Shown: positions 25,235 through 37,763 of the stretch, in pieces | How the letters are laid out: every line of letters starts with the position of its first letter | Numbering within the stretch: the first letter of the stretch is position 1 | The notes under the pieces: model-generated | Database searches by the model: none | The model's input: only the letters and a program-made list of their open reading frames with translations | Told to the model about the DNA's origin: nothing | Translations under genes and position numbers: made by a program | DNA from: Diadema antillarum | Lineage: Eukaryota | Assembly: GCF_040938485.1 (NCBI RefSeq) | Contig: NW_027272117.1 | Coordinates: 186,001-250,000, forward strand | Direction of reading: 5' to 3' | DNA: 64,000 bases

Positions 25235-25916
25235 GTAAGTTTGTGCATGAATGCATACCTTGACGTATGAGTCAGTTGAATGTTTGTTGCAATGCAAAAT
25301 TCATGTTCCCCAGTGAAACTTTGAATGCGGAAGATAGCAAAGGTTCTGTTATCTCCCTCCATATCTGATGTACATTAATGTTTTTATTTATTAGTGACAA
25401 TTTAAGGAGGCCTCTATAGTACAAGACCACACATTTTGTTTTGGTTGTTTTATCATTTTGAACAATAGAACAAGTGATGACTGTAGATTTCCTAACTTTG
25501 GTGCCTTCTGCATTGAAAAAATGTTTACAAGCATGGAACAATGCTATGATCACTTGCATTCAATAAAGGAGAGGAAAATAGTGCCTCCATGTGACGAGAT
25601 GTACTTTTTGAAACTTAGATGCCATTTGTATATGATACGATACTACCCCTCCATGGCTGTTTGGTTTTTGTTTTTTGTTTGTTGTTGTTGTTGTTTTTTT
25701 TGAAGTGATAATGGTGATATGTGGACTGTAACTTGTCTATTGCATCAAAAGCTCTAGTAGACAAGCCAATGTCTGTTTAGTATGGGCAAGTGTTTACCAT
25801 CAATAGCAGTGTTATGACAAACTGAAAAATACCTGTAATCCACTCATTAGTCAAATGAGGTAAAATCCTCAACCTTGACTCTCTTTTCTTTATTTATTTC
25901 TTGCTTTGGTAAACAG

Positions 25917-25958
25917 GTCGTGTGGTAACAACTGTTCTGACCAAGCCAGACTATTTAT
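25917..25958 (+). CDS. SLC66A3: SLC66A3-like coding exon 6
   Basis: aaacag| 42 bp GRVVTTVLTKPDYL |gtgagt. Aligns with TRIITTLMTTNDF. Confidence 0.88.
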
Positions 25959-26509
25959 GTGAGTATTTGCATTCTTTAAATGAGACCTATTTGATGCATT
26001 ATGCTCCTTGTAAGTCCTGCCCATTTCACAAGCTGGTTATCTGTTGATACAGAATCTTTGGTCTGAATTCACAAAGATAGTATAAATCAAAACCATGGTT
26101 TAAAGTTAGCCCATGAACCAACTTATCAGCGGTGGTTAATTATTGGATGTCTGTTGGTGTATGTGATCTGTCTCACGCATTCATGCAGTTCGAAATGTAT
26201 ATTTGCAAAAACTATAGACCAAATTTCAACTGTCTTTGTGAATTCTGGCCATTATGTCCAGTGTGACAAGGAATGAATAAATATTTTTGTTTTTTCATAC
26301 ACAAATTGTAGCAGTGACTGCAGAGCAATAGTTTATCAGATATCAGTAGTCTACAGCATAGAAAACATAATTATGTGTCGATTCTGTCGATCCTGGGCTA
26401 GGGTTAGATTTTGGCTCATTATATGTAGGGCACTAGTCAATGTACCCGTGGAGGTGGGGGGGGGGGGGGGGGGGGGGGGCTTGTCCAACAAAAAGGAGTG
26501 GAATGATCC

Positions 26510-27070
26510 ATACTATCAGAGAGTACATTTATCATGCTTGTTTGGCTTCAGCCAGTGCCCAGAAATCCTCTATGGGGATTCCCCCAGAAATGGTCAAGGT
26601 CACTGGGTCAACGGAGGTCAAATAAGTATTTTGCGCTACTCCTTGGTCCGATCTTGGCCAAGCTTGCTGGAAGCATAAGTAGGCCTACACCTGGGATATC
26701 CCCATTGAGGATATTTCTGGGGGAATCCCAAGGAGTAGCGAAAAACAGTTATTTGACCTTTGACCCCAGTGACCTTGACCTTTTCAAAAATGAACCCCTC
26801 AAGGGCAATTTCGCGGTGAACCTGCATCCACCCACTAAGTTTGATGGAGATCGGACCAAGGACCTGGGAGGAGTAGAGGTAAACAGTTATTTGACCTTTG
26901 ACCCCAGTGACCTTGACCTTTACAAAAAATGAACCCCTCAAGGGCAATTTTGCAGTGAATCTGCATCCACCCACTAAGTTTGATGGAGATTGGACCAAGG
27001 ACCTGGGAGGAGTAGAGGAAAAACAGACAGACAGACAAACAGACAGATGTTGCTCGAATTATAGTATGAT
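26510..27070 (+). mobile_element. Tsp/pearl-like (HINE-type) element with ~138-bp tandem units and a (GACA)n tract
   Basis: Two near-identical units from 26746 and 26884, an inverted partial unit near 26590, cagacagacagacaaacagacag, and terminus attatagtatgat. Left boundary approximate. Confidence 0.7.
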
Positions 27071-27510
27071 TTTAGCTTTCTCTGATCATTCATTTGTTTC
27101 ACAGATTATCAATGTTTCACAATAATCTTTTTATCATTCTTTGTGGAACAAGATGTCCATTTTCCTACTTTGCTTTAAGTGCAGATTCATTTGTACTGGA
27201 CATCGCTTTTTGTTCCTGAAATTACAGAAATCCGGTGGGCCAGAGTCAAGTTTCTATTGATTTGATAGAGGATGTGTACATAAGATTAGTGAACACTGTC
27301 CACTCGTTCTGGTCAAAGCAAACTGTAGAGATATATCAGGAATGACATCTGGATCAAGTCGCAAATAGCTTGTGTTTACTTGCACATTTTCTGCTGTTGT
27401 GAGCTTGCTCGTAAGCTCTACCACATGCAATATTGGTTCTTTTTTCACTGTCAAATTCATGTTGTTTACTTTTTTTTCCTTTCTCTTTATCACCATTTGT
27501 TTTCTTTCAG

Positions 27511-27602
27511 TGATCACAAACTTTACTGTATCAGGTGCTTTAAACTTCCTCGTGTGTGGAGCCATCTTGTATTACCGACCCAGTGAGAAGAAGTTTGAGT
27601 AG
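27511..27602 (+). CDS. SLC66A3: SLC66A3-like coding exon 7 (terminal)
   Basis: tttctttcag| LITNFTVSGALNFLVCGAILYYRPSEKKFE*. Aligns with ALNIWVTVTVLRYRKTAIKAE. C-terminal KKxx motif. The spliced CDS totals 654 nt. Confidence 0.9.
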
Positions 27603-29537
27603 GATCAGTGCTCGCTGCCAGCAACGTCTCGGGCCGGTTTTTCCCTCCGTCTTCTCTCTTCCATACAAGCCACTCAACATTCCATTCACATTCTCCTGTA
27701 TCTTAGCTGCTTACATCACAGTATTGTCAGTGTTATATGTCAGAAATCCAGAATTTTCACTGTATTTGGTCCAAGTTGTAAAAGACGATCCACTCAGGTT
27801 GAATATCAATAGGTAGAAGTCAGAAGATGTCTGTTTCATGAAAACGTTTGCAATATTGTTACGTGATATATATAAGCTGCATTTGCCACGGCAGGTGACG
27901 TGAATGTTCACAGCTGACTGGTGGAAATTGCTCAGCTGTTGCCATGGTTACTTCAGTGAAGCAGGTTTTAATTGTAAACTAAATCATGAAATGGAATTCA
28001 GATCTCCCTACTGATATACTGAAGGGTTCTGAAAACAAATGTTTATGTCTTTCAGCAGCAGTGCTCTCTTGGTTCTCAACAAGTTTGTGAATTCACTTGT
28101 ATTCAGCATGACAAGCGTCAAATTTAGGTGTGTAGTGCATCCACAGATCCGCCATTCCCACCCACTCTGACATTCAAATGGCTCTATATTAGGAGTTGAC
28201 ACAGTGATATATCGTAATGCATTGTATATGCTTGTTGTAAGCAAAGATTTGAATGTGAATTCTGTTCCACAAAGCATATTTGACATACCTGACAAAATTT
28301 TGGAATACTGGCATTATAATACAAGAATGTTTGTGCTGCATGTTGAAGGAATTTGATTATTGTGGCAAATGTGGAGTAGGGTTTACATTTTGTGCTATTC
28401 TAGTAACTGTAAATAAGAGTTTACTACTTGAAAATTGTCATTTATTTTAAAAGCTCTAGAGTTGATCGTCATTTACTTTCTTTCAATTTACTTAGCACAT
28501 TATATAGACTGTACAGGGGACGCAATAGCTACTTGAACCAGAAAAATTGCTCTACTTACAGTGTATGAAAGAAAAAAAAAGAATATGATGTAGTTGTATT
28601 CTGTATAAAATCAAGAGTCTACTGAATACTGTCAGCTGAATCCCATTTCTCAGGTTCAAGACATCCATGGATATGAGAGGCTGTTCTACATTGCAGCATA
28701 TTCAAGCACTCTTTGGACAGTCAGGCAAGCAGTCCACTAGTAGCCCTGGGACAATTGACCCATGACCCCTAACCCCTGACTGCTTCCTTTTCATAATTTC
28801 TTGTGCCAGCGTCAAGTTCAGAGTATAAACCAAATTACTGAGCTTGACAGTTCCATGTAATGCTCAGAGCATCATGATCATAGGCCACTTGTTTCTCAAT
28901 TTTTTGCTTGTTTGTTTTTAACCCGTTGAGGACGGACTGATTTTGCTACAACATAAATTTCCCATAGACACCTGCCTGATTATACTCAGGACTCGTCTTC
29001 ACCTGGTGAAGCTCCAAACTGTAATATTGTAAATGGTCCAAATGTGTACTTGTCTGCATTCCAGATGGCTAATATTTATGATCATTATTTTAGTCATTTG
29101 TTTTGTACCTAGGTAAAATGCACATTTTTATCTTTAATTGTGTCATTTTAATGCGTGCAAACCATGAAACTAGTGTTCTTCTCTCATTTGATTGTCAATA
29201 CATGTATTTGAAAGCTGGAACATGAGTAACACAAGAATGTGTTATGTATGAAACAATACATATAGGTATTCTGCCCGTATGCGGTTTCACCTTTTGATGC
29301 ATTCATCTGTGACAGGCAGATGCTCCTTATGGCAGCTTACAAATGTAGATTATGACAGTGAATCTACCCAATTCCTTCTGGATCAATTTCATTCCATCCA
29401 TTCTTTTTTTATTTGTAATACTCCTAAGAAATCATTGGCAAGAGCTATAGAGTTAAGTAATTTCTATCCTGTCTACATTCTACTGTGCAAGTGTGTGACT
29501 GAGCGTACATGACACTTTGCCAATAGCTACATGCTTA

Positions 29538-29745
29538 CTGTAAAACAAGAAATGTTTCGCGTGCATTTTAATATCGCGAATTTCGCGAGCGGCAACATTC
29601 GCACAATTAAAATGCACGCGAAAATTTTTGCCCACACAATATGCATTGGATGCCAGAGGCAAGTCGCGAAAATTTCATGCTGCGAGAAAGGCCGTCAGCT
29701 CCAATTCACAAAATATTCATGCCGCGAATATATCGTGTTTTACAG
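29538..29745. mobile_element. CTGTAAAAC-type MITE, TA TSD
   Basis: ta|ctgtaaaacaaga ... tcgtgttttacag|ta. Confidence 0.75.
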
Positions 29746-29824
29746 TATATACACATGTACAGTGCACTCCCATTATAATGAACATGGTTATAATGAAATT
29801 CCGCCTCAATAAGGTGAATGATAT

Positions 29825-30025
29825 CAGAGCTGCCACGTCTCCCTGATTCTGCAGGAGACTCCCTGAAAATATAAAAATCTGTTCATGTCTGAATAAGAGA
29901 ATATTAAAATCTCCCCGATTTGGGAATTATTTTCGCCCATTGGAATGCATGTAACACACAGATATCTTCGTGATTACTGTGTGGAATCTCCCTGATTTGG
30001 ATGTTAGGCAATGTTGGCAGACCTG
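29825..30025. mobile_element. CAGAGCTGCCAC-type MITE, imperfect 6-bp TSD
   Basis: cagagctgccac / gttggcagacctg, flanks tgatat / taatat. Confidence 0.65.
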
Positions 30026-31260
30026 TAATATGGAGTTACTTCAGTTGTCACCGAGGATTGTGGGTATGTTTGCACTCATACATGTTGGAGGAGGACTTAC
30101 ATGTAGCAGTACTTCTTTTTCTTCTCCTTCAAGACATATTGAAACTTGATTGTTTAACCGAAAGGAAGTGTACTATTAATATTTCATTCATAAAGTCCCT
30201 GTGCCCATGTCCTGTTTGTTGTCTCTTACATTGTGCAGGTGCAGGTGTACAGAAATATCATGTATTATTTTGAAGTGCATTCTGTTTGTTTGTTTGTTTT
30301 TGTTTGTTTTTTAATTTAATGTACTGTGGTGTTGATTTTAAAGATTATCTTATAACTGCAGTTGGATGTTGATGTTGTAGTTTGTTAGCTAGTCAGAATG
30401 GCATCACCTACTTACCACTGTCACAGTTTGGATAATTACTGGTATTTGTTTTTATGCAATCAATAACTCATTGTGCATTTTTGATAAGATTTTGATGATT
30501 TTAGTGTCCATCCAATGATGTACAGTTGAGCAGGTTCTTGTGTAGTTTTAGACATTCAAAATTGTGTAGTACAAATGTATATTACAATCCCCATGTAAGA
30601 TACATTCAGATGATGTCATTTTTATCGTAGATTTGTATTTTTTAACCTGTAGGTTTTATTTGCTCCTGAATTTAGTGCCTTTCAGTAGAGTTACTGATAA
30701 GTGACATAATAAGAAGATAGACCAGTATTTGAAAAAAAAGAAAGAAAATAAAAAGAATGCACTGTCCAATACAATGCAGAACACTAATACATATTTGATG
30801 TCTTATGCAATAAGTTTGGATGTCATTTTTATGGTACTTTTGATTCACGACCACTATTTACTTGGTGTCTGAAAAAAGCCAATACGTATATCAGAATCAG
30901 TCCTTACAAAACTATGAAAATGAATAAATAAACAAATGAATAAATAGAAATTTAGTGACACTTGTGAACATTGCAGTGGCTCAAGCCAAGAAAGAAAAAA
31001 AGAATGTTGAGTGCTGCTGACAGGAGCTGTGTGATGTTTAAAAAATGTATTAAAAACATATTCCAGTATATGAACATATTGTGAATGATACTGCCATAAT
31101 CAAGAAAATCTGTAAAACCCAATCACTTGTAAAATATTCTATTGTTTGAAGCATCTTGAGCTTATTTCAACCCCATTTTTTTTCTAGCATTGTATATAGT
31201 GTCAAGAATATCTGATTGCATACAGGACTATGCAGCTCAGATTTTCAAGGGAAACATAAG

Positions 31261-31465
31261 GGCCCGAATTCACCGTGTTTTAAACCATGGACAATTTGTA
31301 TGGAGTGCCAAGTGTTGCATGGCCTATTTCGTCACGAAATCAGTCATTTCATCGACGAAATGACCATTTTGTAATGAAACAGGCCATGTGACACTTGGCG
31401 CTCCATACAAATTGTCCATGGCTCTAACCATGGTTTCAATTGTACCACCGTCATGAATGCGGGCC
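31261..31465. mobile_element. Palindromic MITE, 3-bp TSD (Harbinger-like termini)
   Basis: ggcccgaattca / tgaatgcgggcc flanked by aag. Internal ~40-bp inverted arms ccatggacaatttgtatggag.. / ..ctccatacaaattgtccatgg. Confidence 0.7.
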
Positions 31466-32542
31466 AAGGAGAGAGACGAGTTGTGGCAGATAGATAGAAA
31501 CAAACAATATACCATGGTTTTGTAAACCATTGACTTGCAAGACTGTGTCAAACTGCATTCTCTTTGTGAAACAGTTGTATAATCATTGTACAGGTACCTG
31601 TATACCATCACATTAATTTTGTGTTATGGTACAGTAGACTCTACATAAGTTGAAGTTGCCTAAGTCGAACATCGTCTAAGTCAAAAATATTTTGCCAGTC
31701 CTATTCATTTATTTTCTGTTGTTTTTCATAAGGTTTCTTCCTCAGTCCCAGGAAAATTCAATTTAAGCAGAGTTTACCGATTTTCTTTTTTCATCTCATG
31801 TTGAAAGCATTGTACCGCATGTCAACATTTTTATCTTGGCTTTACATGTTTTGTGCCTCTGTTCCAAGGTCTGTTGAAACCTGTTTTGTCAGCCACTTCA
31901 AGTTCTGAATCTTTTCCTCTCCTCTTTATTTTCCCGTCTCTGTCTCTCTTTCTCACTAATTCTTACCAAAGTCAAAAAGTTAAGTGTGCATCACTCTGAG
32001 TACTTAATGTGTGTAAAATAATTTGTAAATTATGTAATATAATTGTACACCAAGATATGAAATGTCACTATAGTTCTGAGAGATTATGTTCTTTAATTAA
32101 AGCAATATTTTCATGCAATTTTGTAGGAAAAGAGAGCAAAGTATATTCTGCAACAACAAATGTATAGATGCAGATATACATGTACTATCCTTGTACAAAC
32201 AACAGTTTACCATATAAAAGATTTGATACAATTATTTTTGTCAATATGCCTTATTCTTGTAACCAATTATGACAAATAAATCTGGAAAATATCGAAATGT
32301 TACTTTTATCATTTTTTCCTTCCTGTTGTCAGAGATTTTTAGAACTGCATTATGTATTTCAGCACACACAAACATTCACATACCCACACATGTACTAAAA
32401 TGAAACCAGCCATAAAAGCAAACATTCATCTGAGTCTTGTTAAATAATTTTTATTTTGGATTTTGTTCAAAATTTGTGTCAAAATCAGGATTTTCCTCAT
32501 TTAGAACACACAAAGTTTAGCACTTTCGGGATCTCTGTAATA

Positions 32543-32719
32543 TAGTCAACCTTGCTTAAGTTGACCTCGCATAAGTTGAATAATCGCTTAAGTCAAAGGT
32601 CTTTTCAAGTCCTCTTCTCTTTATATCCTATTGATTTTTATCCCTCATAAGTCAATTTTTTTTCTTAGTCAAGCCATTTCTTCAGTTCAAGTAAATAAAA
32701 ACTTAGGCAGGGTTGACTG
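32543..32719. mobile_element. Tc1/mariner-type MITE, TA TSD
   Basis: ta|tagtcaaccttgcttaagt ... acttaggcagggttgactg|ta. Confidence 0.65.
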
Positions 32720-32940
32720 TACATATTTGTGCATCCTTGTATAAACAGTCACTAGGAGTCAATGGGGAATTTCTTATTTTCAAAGAAGAATCAAGTATAC
32801 AAAATACCGGTAGACTTAATCAACTGAATCAAGAATGTCTCCAACGAAAAGATGGGTTGATTGCATAATCATGATGGGGGGGGGGGGGTTAAAAAAAATA
32901 AACTGACAATGCATATTTCATGCATGTAATACAATGTTGT

Positions 32941-33470
32941 ACAAATAATGAATGTTTATGAGTGCAATGGACAGAATATTTCATAAGGTGAAAGATGAAA
33001 TGATCCATTCAACGAGACGCAGCCGAGTTGAATGGATCAAACATTTCATCTTTCACCGAATGAAATATTCTGTCCATCGCACTAATGAAAAACATCTATT
33101 ATTTGTTTTATATAACGCCTAAAATAGATCCTTGTCATTTCATATTTTATTAATTCAGAAACAAAGAGAGAATCTGAGATCACGAGAGTGCTCACTGAGC
33201 GCTTTACGCTAGCACGCTGTCGCATACACACACTGCAAATGCAAGCTTCTAGCGCGCGGTCGCATACTACACACACTGCAAACGCAGGTGTTTTACATGC
33301 GTGTGTGCCGGGCTCTCAGCGGGCATGCAATAGACCAAATCGTATGGATCCAAAATTGCACGGTAAATGGAGCCACAATTGCACGGATGATGACGTCATA
33401 GTGAAATGGGCCGAATGATCAATGTCAAACAACCAATCAAATGACAAGGATCTCTTCAGGCGTTATGTAA
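32941..33470. repeat. Long hairpin (32941-33106) joined at TTATATAA to a second inverted-repeat element (to ~33470)
   Basis: ~70-bp arms around a gagacgcagccga loop. Then tataacgcctaaaatagatccttgtcattt pairs with aaatgacaaggatctcttcaggcgttat. Confidence 0.75.
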
Positions 33471-33514
33471 ATCTCAATAACAAGGACTATTCTAACAGCC
33501 AGAAATCTTATCTG

Positions 33515-33678
33515 GGTTCCCATTTCCCAAAATATGTTTCTAGGATAGCAACTCTGGCTAGAATAGCAACTTGTCGTAGCAACAGCCAACCAGGTATCAG
33601 AATTCTTATCAATACTATGACACTTGCCATGTGCAGCAGGAGTTGCTATCATAGCAACTGTTTTTATGAAATGGGGCC
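33515..33678. mobile_element. Harbinger-like MITE, CTG TSD
   Basis: ctg|ggttcccatttc ... gaaatggggcc|ctg, with internal atagcaac repeats. Confidence 0.6.
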
Positions 33679-33761
33679 CTGGTCAGCCAGCAGCATAGGG
33701 CAGAGGTAAGCCAAGAAGGTAAACCTGTGAAGATGTACACAATACCTGTATGTATGACTTA

Positions 33762-34129
33762 CCCTATGTTCAGATGATCCCCCACTTTGTGGGGGCAGTT
33801 TGGAGAGTTTTACAGTCGACCGTCCACACATGCATTGAAATCCCCCGCTGAAAGGGGGACAAAATCACGGCTGGTGGTTTCAGCTGTGTGTTAGGTCACC
33901 GTACGTGGCACCGTAGCGCGCGCAATTGCAAATTTATATGATAGCAATGTGTAGAGTGCCTGATTGCCTACTTTGCCACCACATTTTGAGCATGCGCACT
34001 TCTGAGGAAAACAGCTGCGCGAGAGATCAAGGTCAGTCCCCCGCCTAGCTTTCACACGATGGGATTGATGGGGAAAGTCCTGGCAAAAGGGACACTCCCC
34101 GCGAAGCAGGGGATCATCTGAACGCAGTG
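33762..34129. mobile_element. MITE with CCCT/CACT termini and TA TSD (EnSpm/CACTA-like)
   Basis: ccctatgttcagatgatcccc / ggggatcatctgaacgcagtg, with GC-rich hairpins just inside each end. Confidence 0.65.
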
Positions 34130-36401
34130 TATGGCACATTACTATGGAATCTACACCTGTACTTAACGCTTCAACAAAGTACAAGTACCTGTATTTGTCA
34201 GGGATGCAGCAAAGTTCAGTATTGGACTTGGGACACAGGTGGCTGCTCCATCAGTAGAATCAGGTTCTGCTCAGAACAAGGAAGGACAGGCAAGGTCTCG
34301 TTTGAGTACTCCTGCTAGTTCAGGAACTGTAGGTCCACATTTTTGTTTGGCAAGTAACTCATTCTTTGTAAACTCATTTTTTTTTTCTAGAGAAGTAAAC
34401 AATGGCAGTAAAAACTGTGAAGAAAATGACTACCAGTAGTTGTGCTTCAAACAAACTAAGCTCAATAACATATGGAAATGCATTTCATCCATCCGAATAG
34501 ACCTTCAAGATTACTTAAAAAGCCATCTCCCAAAAGGCACAATGCTAATGCTAGTTCTCCACCAACAAAGACACTTGATTCTACTTTTAAGCCTTAAAAG
34601 TGATATCACCATGTCAGACATTACTTTTTGCTTTTGAAAAAGACAATTCCACTATTTGAAGAAAGGAGCAATGTGCTACTTCATCAGAAGGATGAACTGT
34701 GTATCCACTGTTTTCACCTGCATTTTCGCAATGTCCTGTGATTTCAACTTCAGGTGCTCCTCCATTAGGTTTGCGAAACCTGAAGTGCTAGCTTCACATT
34801 CCAAAGTGTATGAAGTTGACTTCACAAGTGAATGCAATCAAAAGTGTGATGATGAATTGTTTGTTAGCTGGACAGTAAGAACATTTTCAAGGGAACATGA
34901 ACAACAGTGTGACATAAAAACACCTCTACCATGTACATCAGTTTCTGCAGCCATTATCTTGCAGCTCACACCTACATGTTCAAATCCTACCCAATCAAGG
35001 AGGAAGTTCTTCAAGATGCAGAAGTGGAGTCAAAAAGGGCCTGAGCTTTCGATCCTAGCAGAATGTTCTAGAGAGGTGAAGGGACAAACGTGTAGTGGAA
35101 GCAAATCACAGATATGAACTGCACACAACAAGCCCAGTGTAAGGAGGGCTAGGGACACAGAACAATGAAAACAAAAGGGGAGGGTTAAAAGTCAAAAGCA
35201 GGGAGCCAAAAGCAGGGAACCAAACAGGTAAAGGGAAGGGGATTAAGCCGAGGGGGGTGAGCAGACAAAAGGCAGAGGTGGGCCAGTGATGATCCCAAGG
35301 ATCATAGGGGGCAACCTGTTTAATAAAGGATAAAGATGAATAGGGAGGCTACATCAAACAAGATAAGGAACAACACAAGGGAAAAGAATAGGAAAATAGT
35401 TAAATAGCAACAGCATGAGTGAAAGGAGGGGGGAGAACAAACAGTGTGCCCTAAACCTGGTGTACAACGATGTGGCAAAAATGAAAGTTAAAGCCAACCA
35501 ACAAATGCAAAGAACCAGTGAACAAATCTTCAGTCTTGTGAAAGTCTGTCCAGGTTGTATACGGTGACCTTGGAGACCTGATGACAAGGAAGATGACCAT
35601 TGATGGCTGCAACAGGCACACTATGCCATTCTATGACTCGTTCTACAGACGATACAGATTGTACATAATAAACAGGCCAAGCAGGCCACATCATCTGGCT
35701 TGTGATCTTAAGACTATGGGCCATGTATTTGGTAAGATTGATTTCACTGCAATTATTTGGTACTGATTGTATACATAAAGGCTGCTTTGAAAATAAGTGA
35801 AAATACTTGCTATATTATGTGCCATTCAAATATATATTTAGGGAGTCTAATATTACCCAAATTGGGGCCTCCCAACATTGATTGTGGGGTACAACAATGG
35901 GTGGGGAAATGTATGTGTGCATGTAGCATTCATGACGGGATCAGAGAAAATATTTTTGCGCATAACATTTTTGAATAGCATCCAACTCCAAAAATTTGTG
36001 AAAATTAAAACCCTGCAAAATATAACAATTTCATCTTAAAAAATGCTAAGCTCCTTGCTGTGAGCGGGGAATAACAACCTCACCCCCCCCCCCTTTTTGG
36101 TCGATATGTTCTTGCAGGCTTAGATGCTTTGCTCCCTAGCATTGTCCAGTGTTCCCCAAATCCTAATTTTTTTTTTTTTGCAGTTCCATATTGGCAGGTA
36201 TGTTACAGGAACAAGGGGAAAAGAGTACATTGGTCCAAGCTTGAGGCATTTAAACTTGCCAAAGGCTTTAGTTGAGAATCTCATCTTGTCTGCAGCCTCC
36301 AGACTGACAAACACACACATCCCTCAGTTCAGTGCCTACTCCAGCCTACTACAATCCAGCATTGATTTGATGAGACACAGATGACGTCTGTTGGCTGACT
36401 G

Positions 36402-36503
36402 TCATTTGTAGGCTCCCTTCCCTGGAAGACTTTCTGCTGTCTGATCACAGATTTCCTGGAGCACACACCGATCGAGTGGCAGTGAGTCAAGTAATTGTTC
36501 CAC
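36402..36503 (-). CDS. C8orf76: C8orf76-like protein, coding exon 6 (apparent terminal exon)
   Basis: tccaatacag| VEQLLDSLPLDRCVLQEICDQTAESLPGKGAYK*. The first half loosely aligns with [20 protein letters not shown]. True 3' end uncertain. Confidence 0.55.
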   Translation of the reverse strand: MEQLLDSLPLDRCVLQEICDQTAESLPGKGAYK

Positions 36504-37690
36504 CTGTATTGGACAAAGCACACATGACATCCTGTAAATGAACTGGAGACTACTGTTGACACCATATATTTCGAGAGCTTTTTATGTTTGCGAATTTCGC
36601 AAGTCGGGCGCTATTTGAAAAATTAACAACACTTTTCTTGACACAAATGCAAAGCACATACATACATTTCTCCATTCAGTACAGTACTCCATGATCGTAA
36701 ATTCAACCACTCATGACATTGTCGGGAAATCCTGATTGGCTAAAAATTAGATTCAATATTATGTGACCCTGCACCACAAAACCACCAAAAAGTCGCCAGA
36801 CACAGATTTTTATTTACAGGCAGATTCTGAAAGAGTAGACTCTAAGCTTTGAAATGACGTATTAAATTCAGTACATATGGACTTCAGAAAGTTCACACTC
36901 TGGAAAAGTGTTTGATGAGAAAAGAGGCTTTAAAGTTCAAGGTCTATTCAAGTGCTTAATTACAACAAACTGTGCTCTGTGCAATGTATGGGACAAAAAA
37001 CAGGATGTACAACTCCATTTAGATCCCCCTCAATGAAGGGATTATCAGATTAGGCTGAAATTTTGCACACTGTATAAAGCACATTCAATTCAACACAATC
37101 TTAACTTTCACAGCAGCAGCATCGTCTTTTTCAAAAGTTATCAGAGTTGAAAGTGATGAGTTTGTAAAGGGTTGGAAATTCTCCCTATCGCATATGGCTC
37201 TCCAAATCTGAATGCATGTAGCGCTCTAATTTTTTTTACCTTTAATTCTTGGGATGTAAACTTCCGGTTATGAATGTGCGATGTGTCAATGTACGCTTTT
37301 ATTGCACATTGAACGCTAAAGTACTAGTATTCATAGATCGACTTCAAATTCTGTCTTATAATCTCGCGAATACCCTAATCTGTAACTTTACATTTGATAA
37401 TAATAATAATAATCATTTCTATCATTATTGCTATCAGTATTTTTATCATTATTGTTATTATTGTTATTATTATTATCAATTTCATTTACATTTGACACTC
37501 CATGAATGAGACAGACTTTATTTGAAAATGCATGATATTGATAGCAGATTTGCATTATTTCAATTGAAACAGTCTTTAGAATAACAAATCCTTTTATTCT
37601 TTGGTTCAGTATATTCTTGTTGCTATGTGGTTACTGAGAATAGTGTATACCAATTCAAAAAGACCAATCTACAGTTCCAGCGCTGCTTAC

Positions 37691-37763
37691 CTCTGCTAGA
37701 AGCTCAGAGTTCCTCTTCTTTGCAAATGATATGGCGATGCTTTGTACAGACTTTAGGAGTAAT
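37691..37763 (-). CDS. C8orf76: C8orf76-like coding exon 5
   Basis: ttttcag| 73 bp (Q)LLLKSVQSIAISFAKKRNSELLAE |gtaagc. Aligns with [25 protein letters not shown]. Confidence 0.85.

Noticed and set aside
26534-27125. ORFs with repeated NSYLTFDPSDLDL motifs
   Set aside because: They come from the 138-bp tandem units of a non-coding mobile element.
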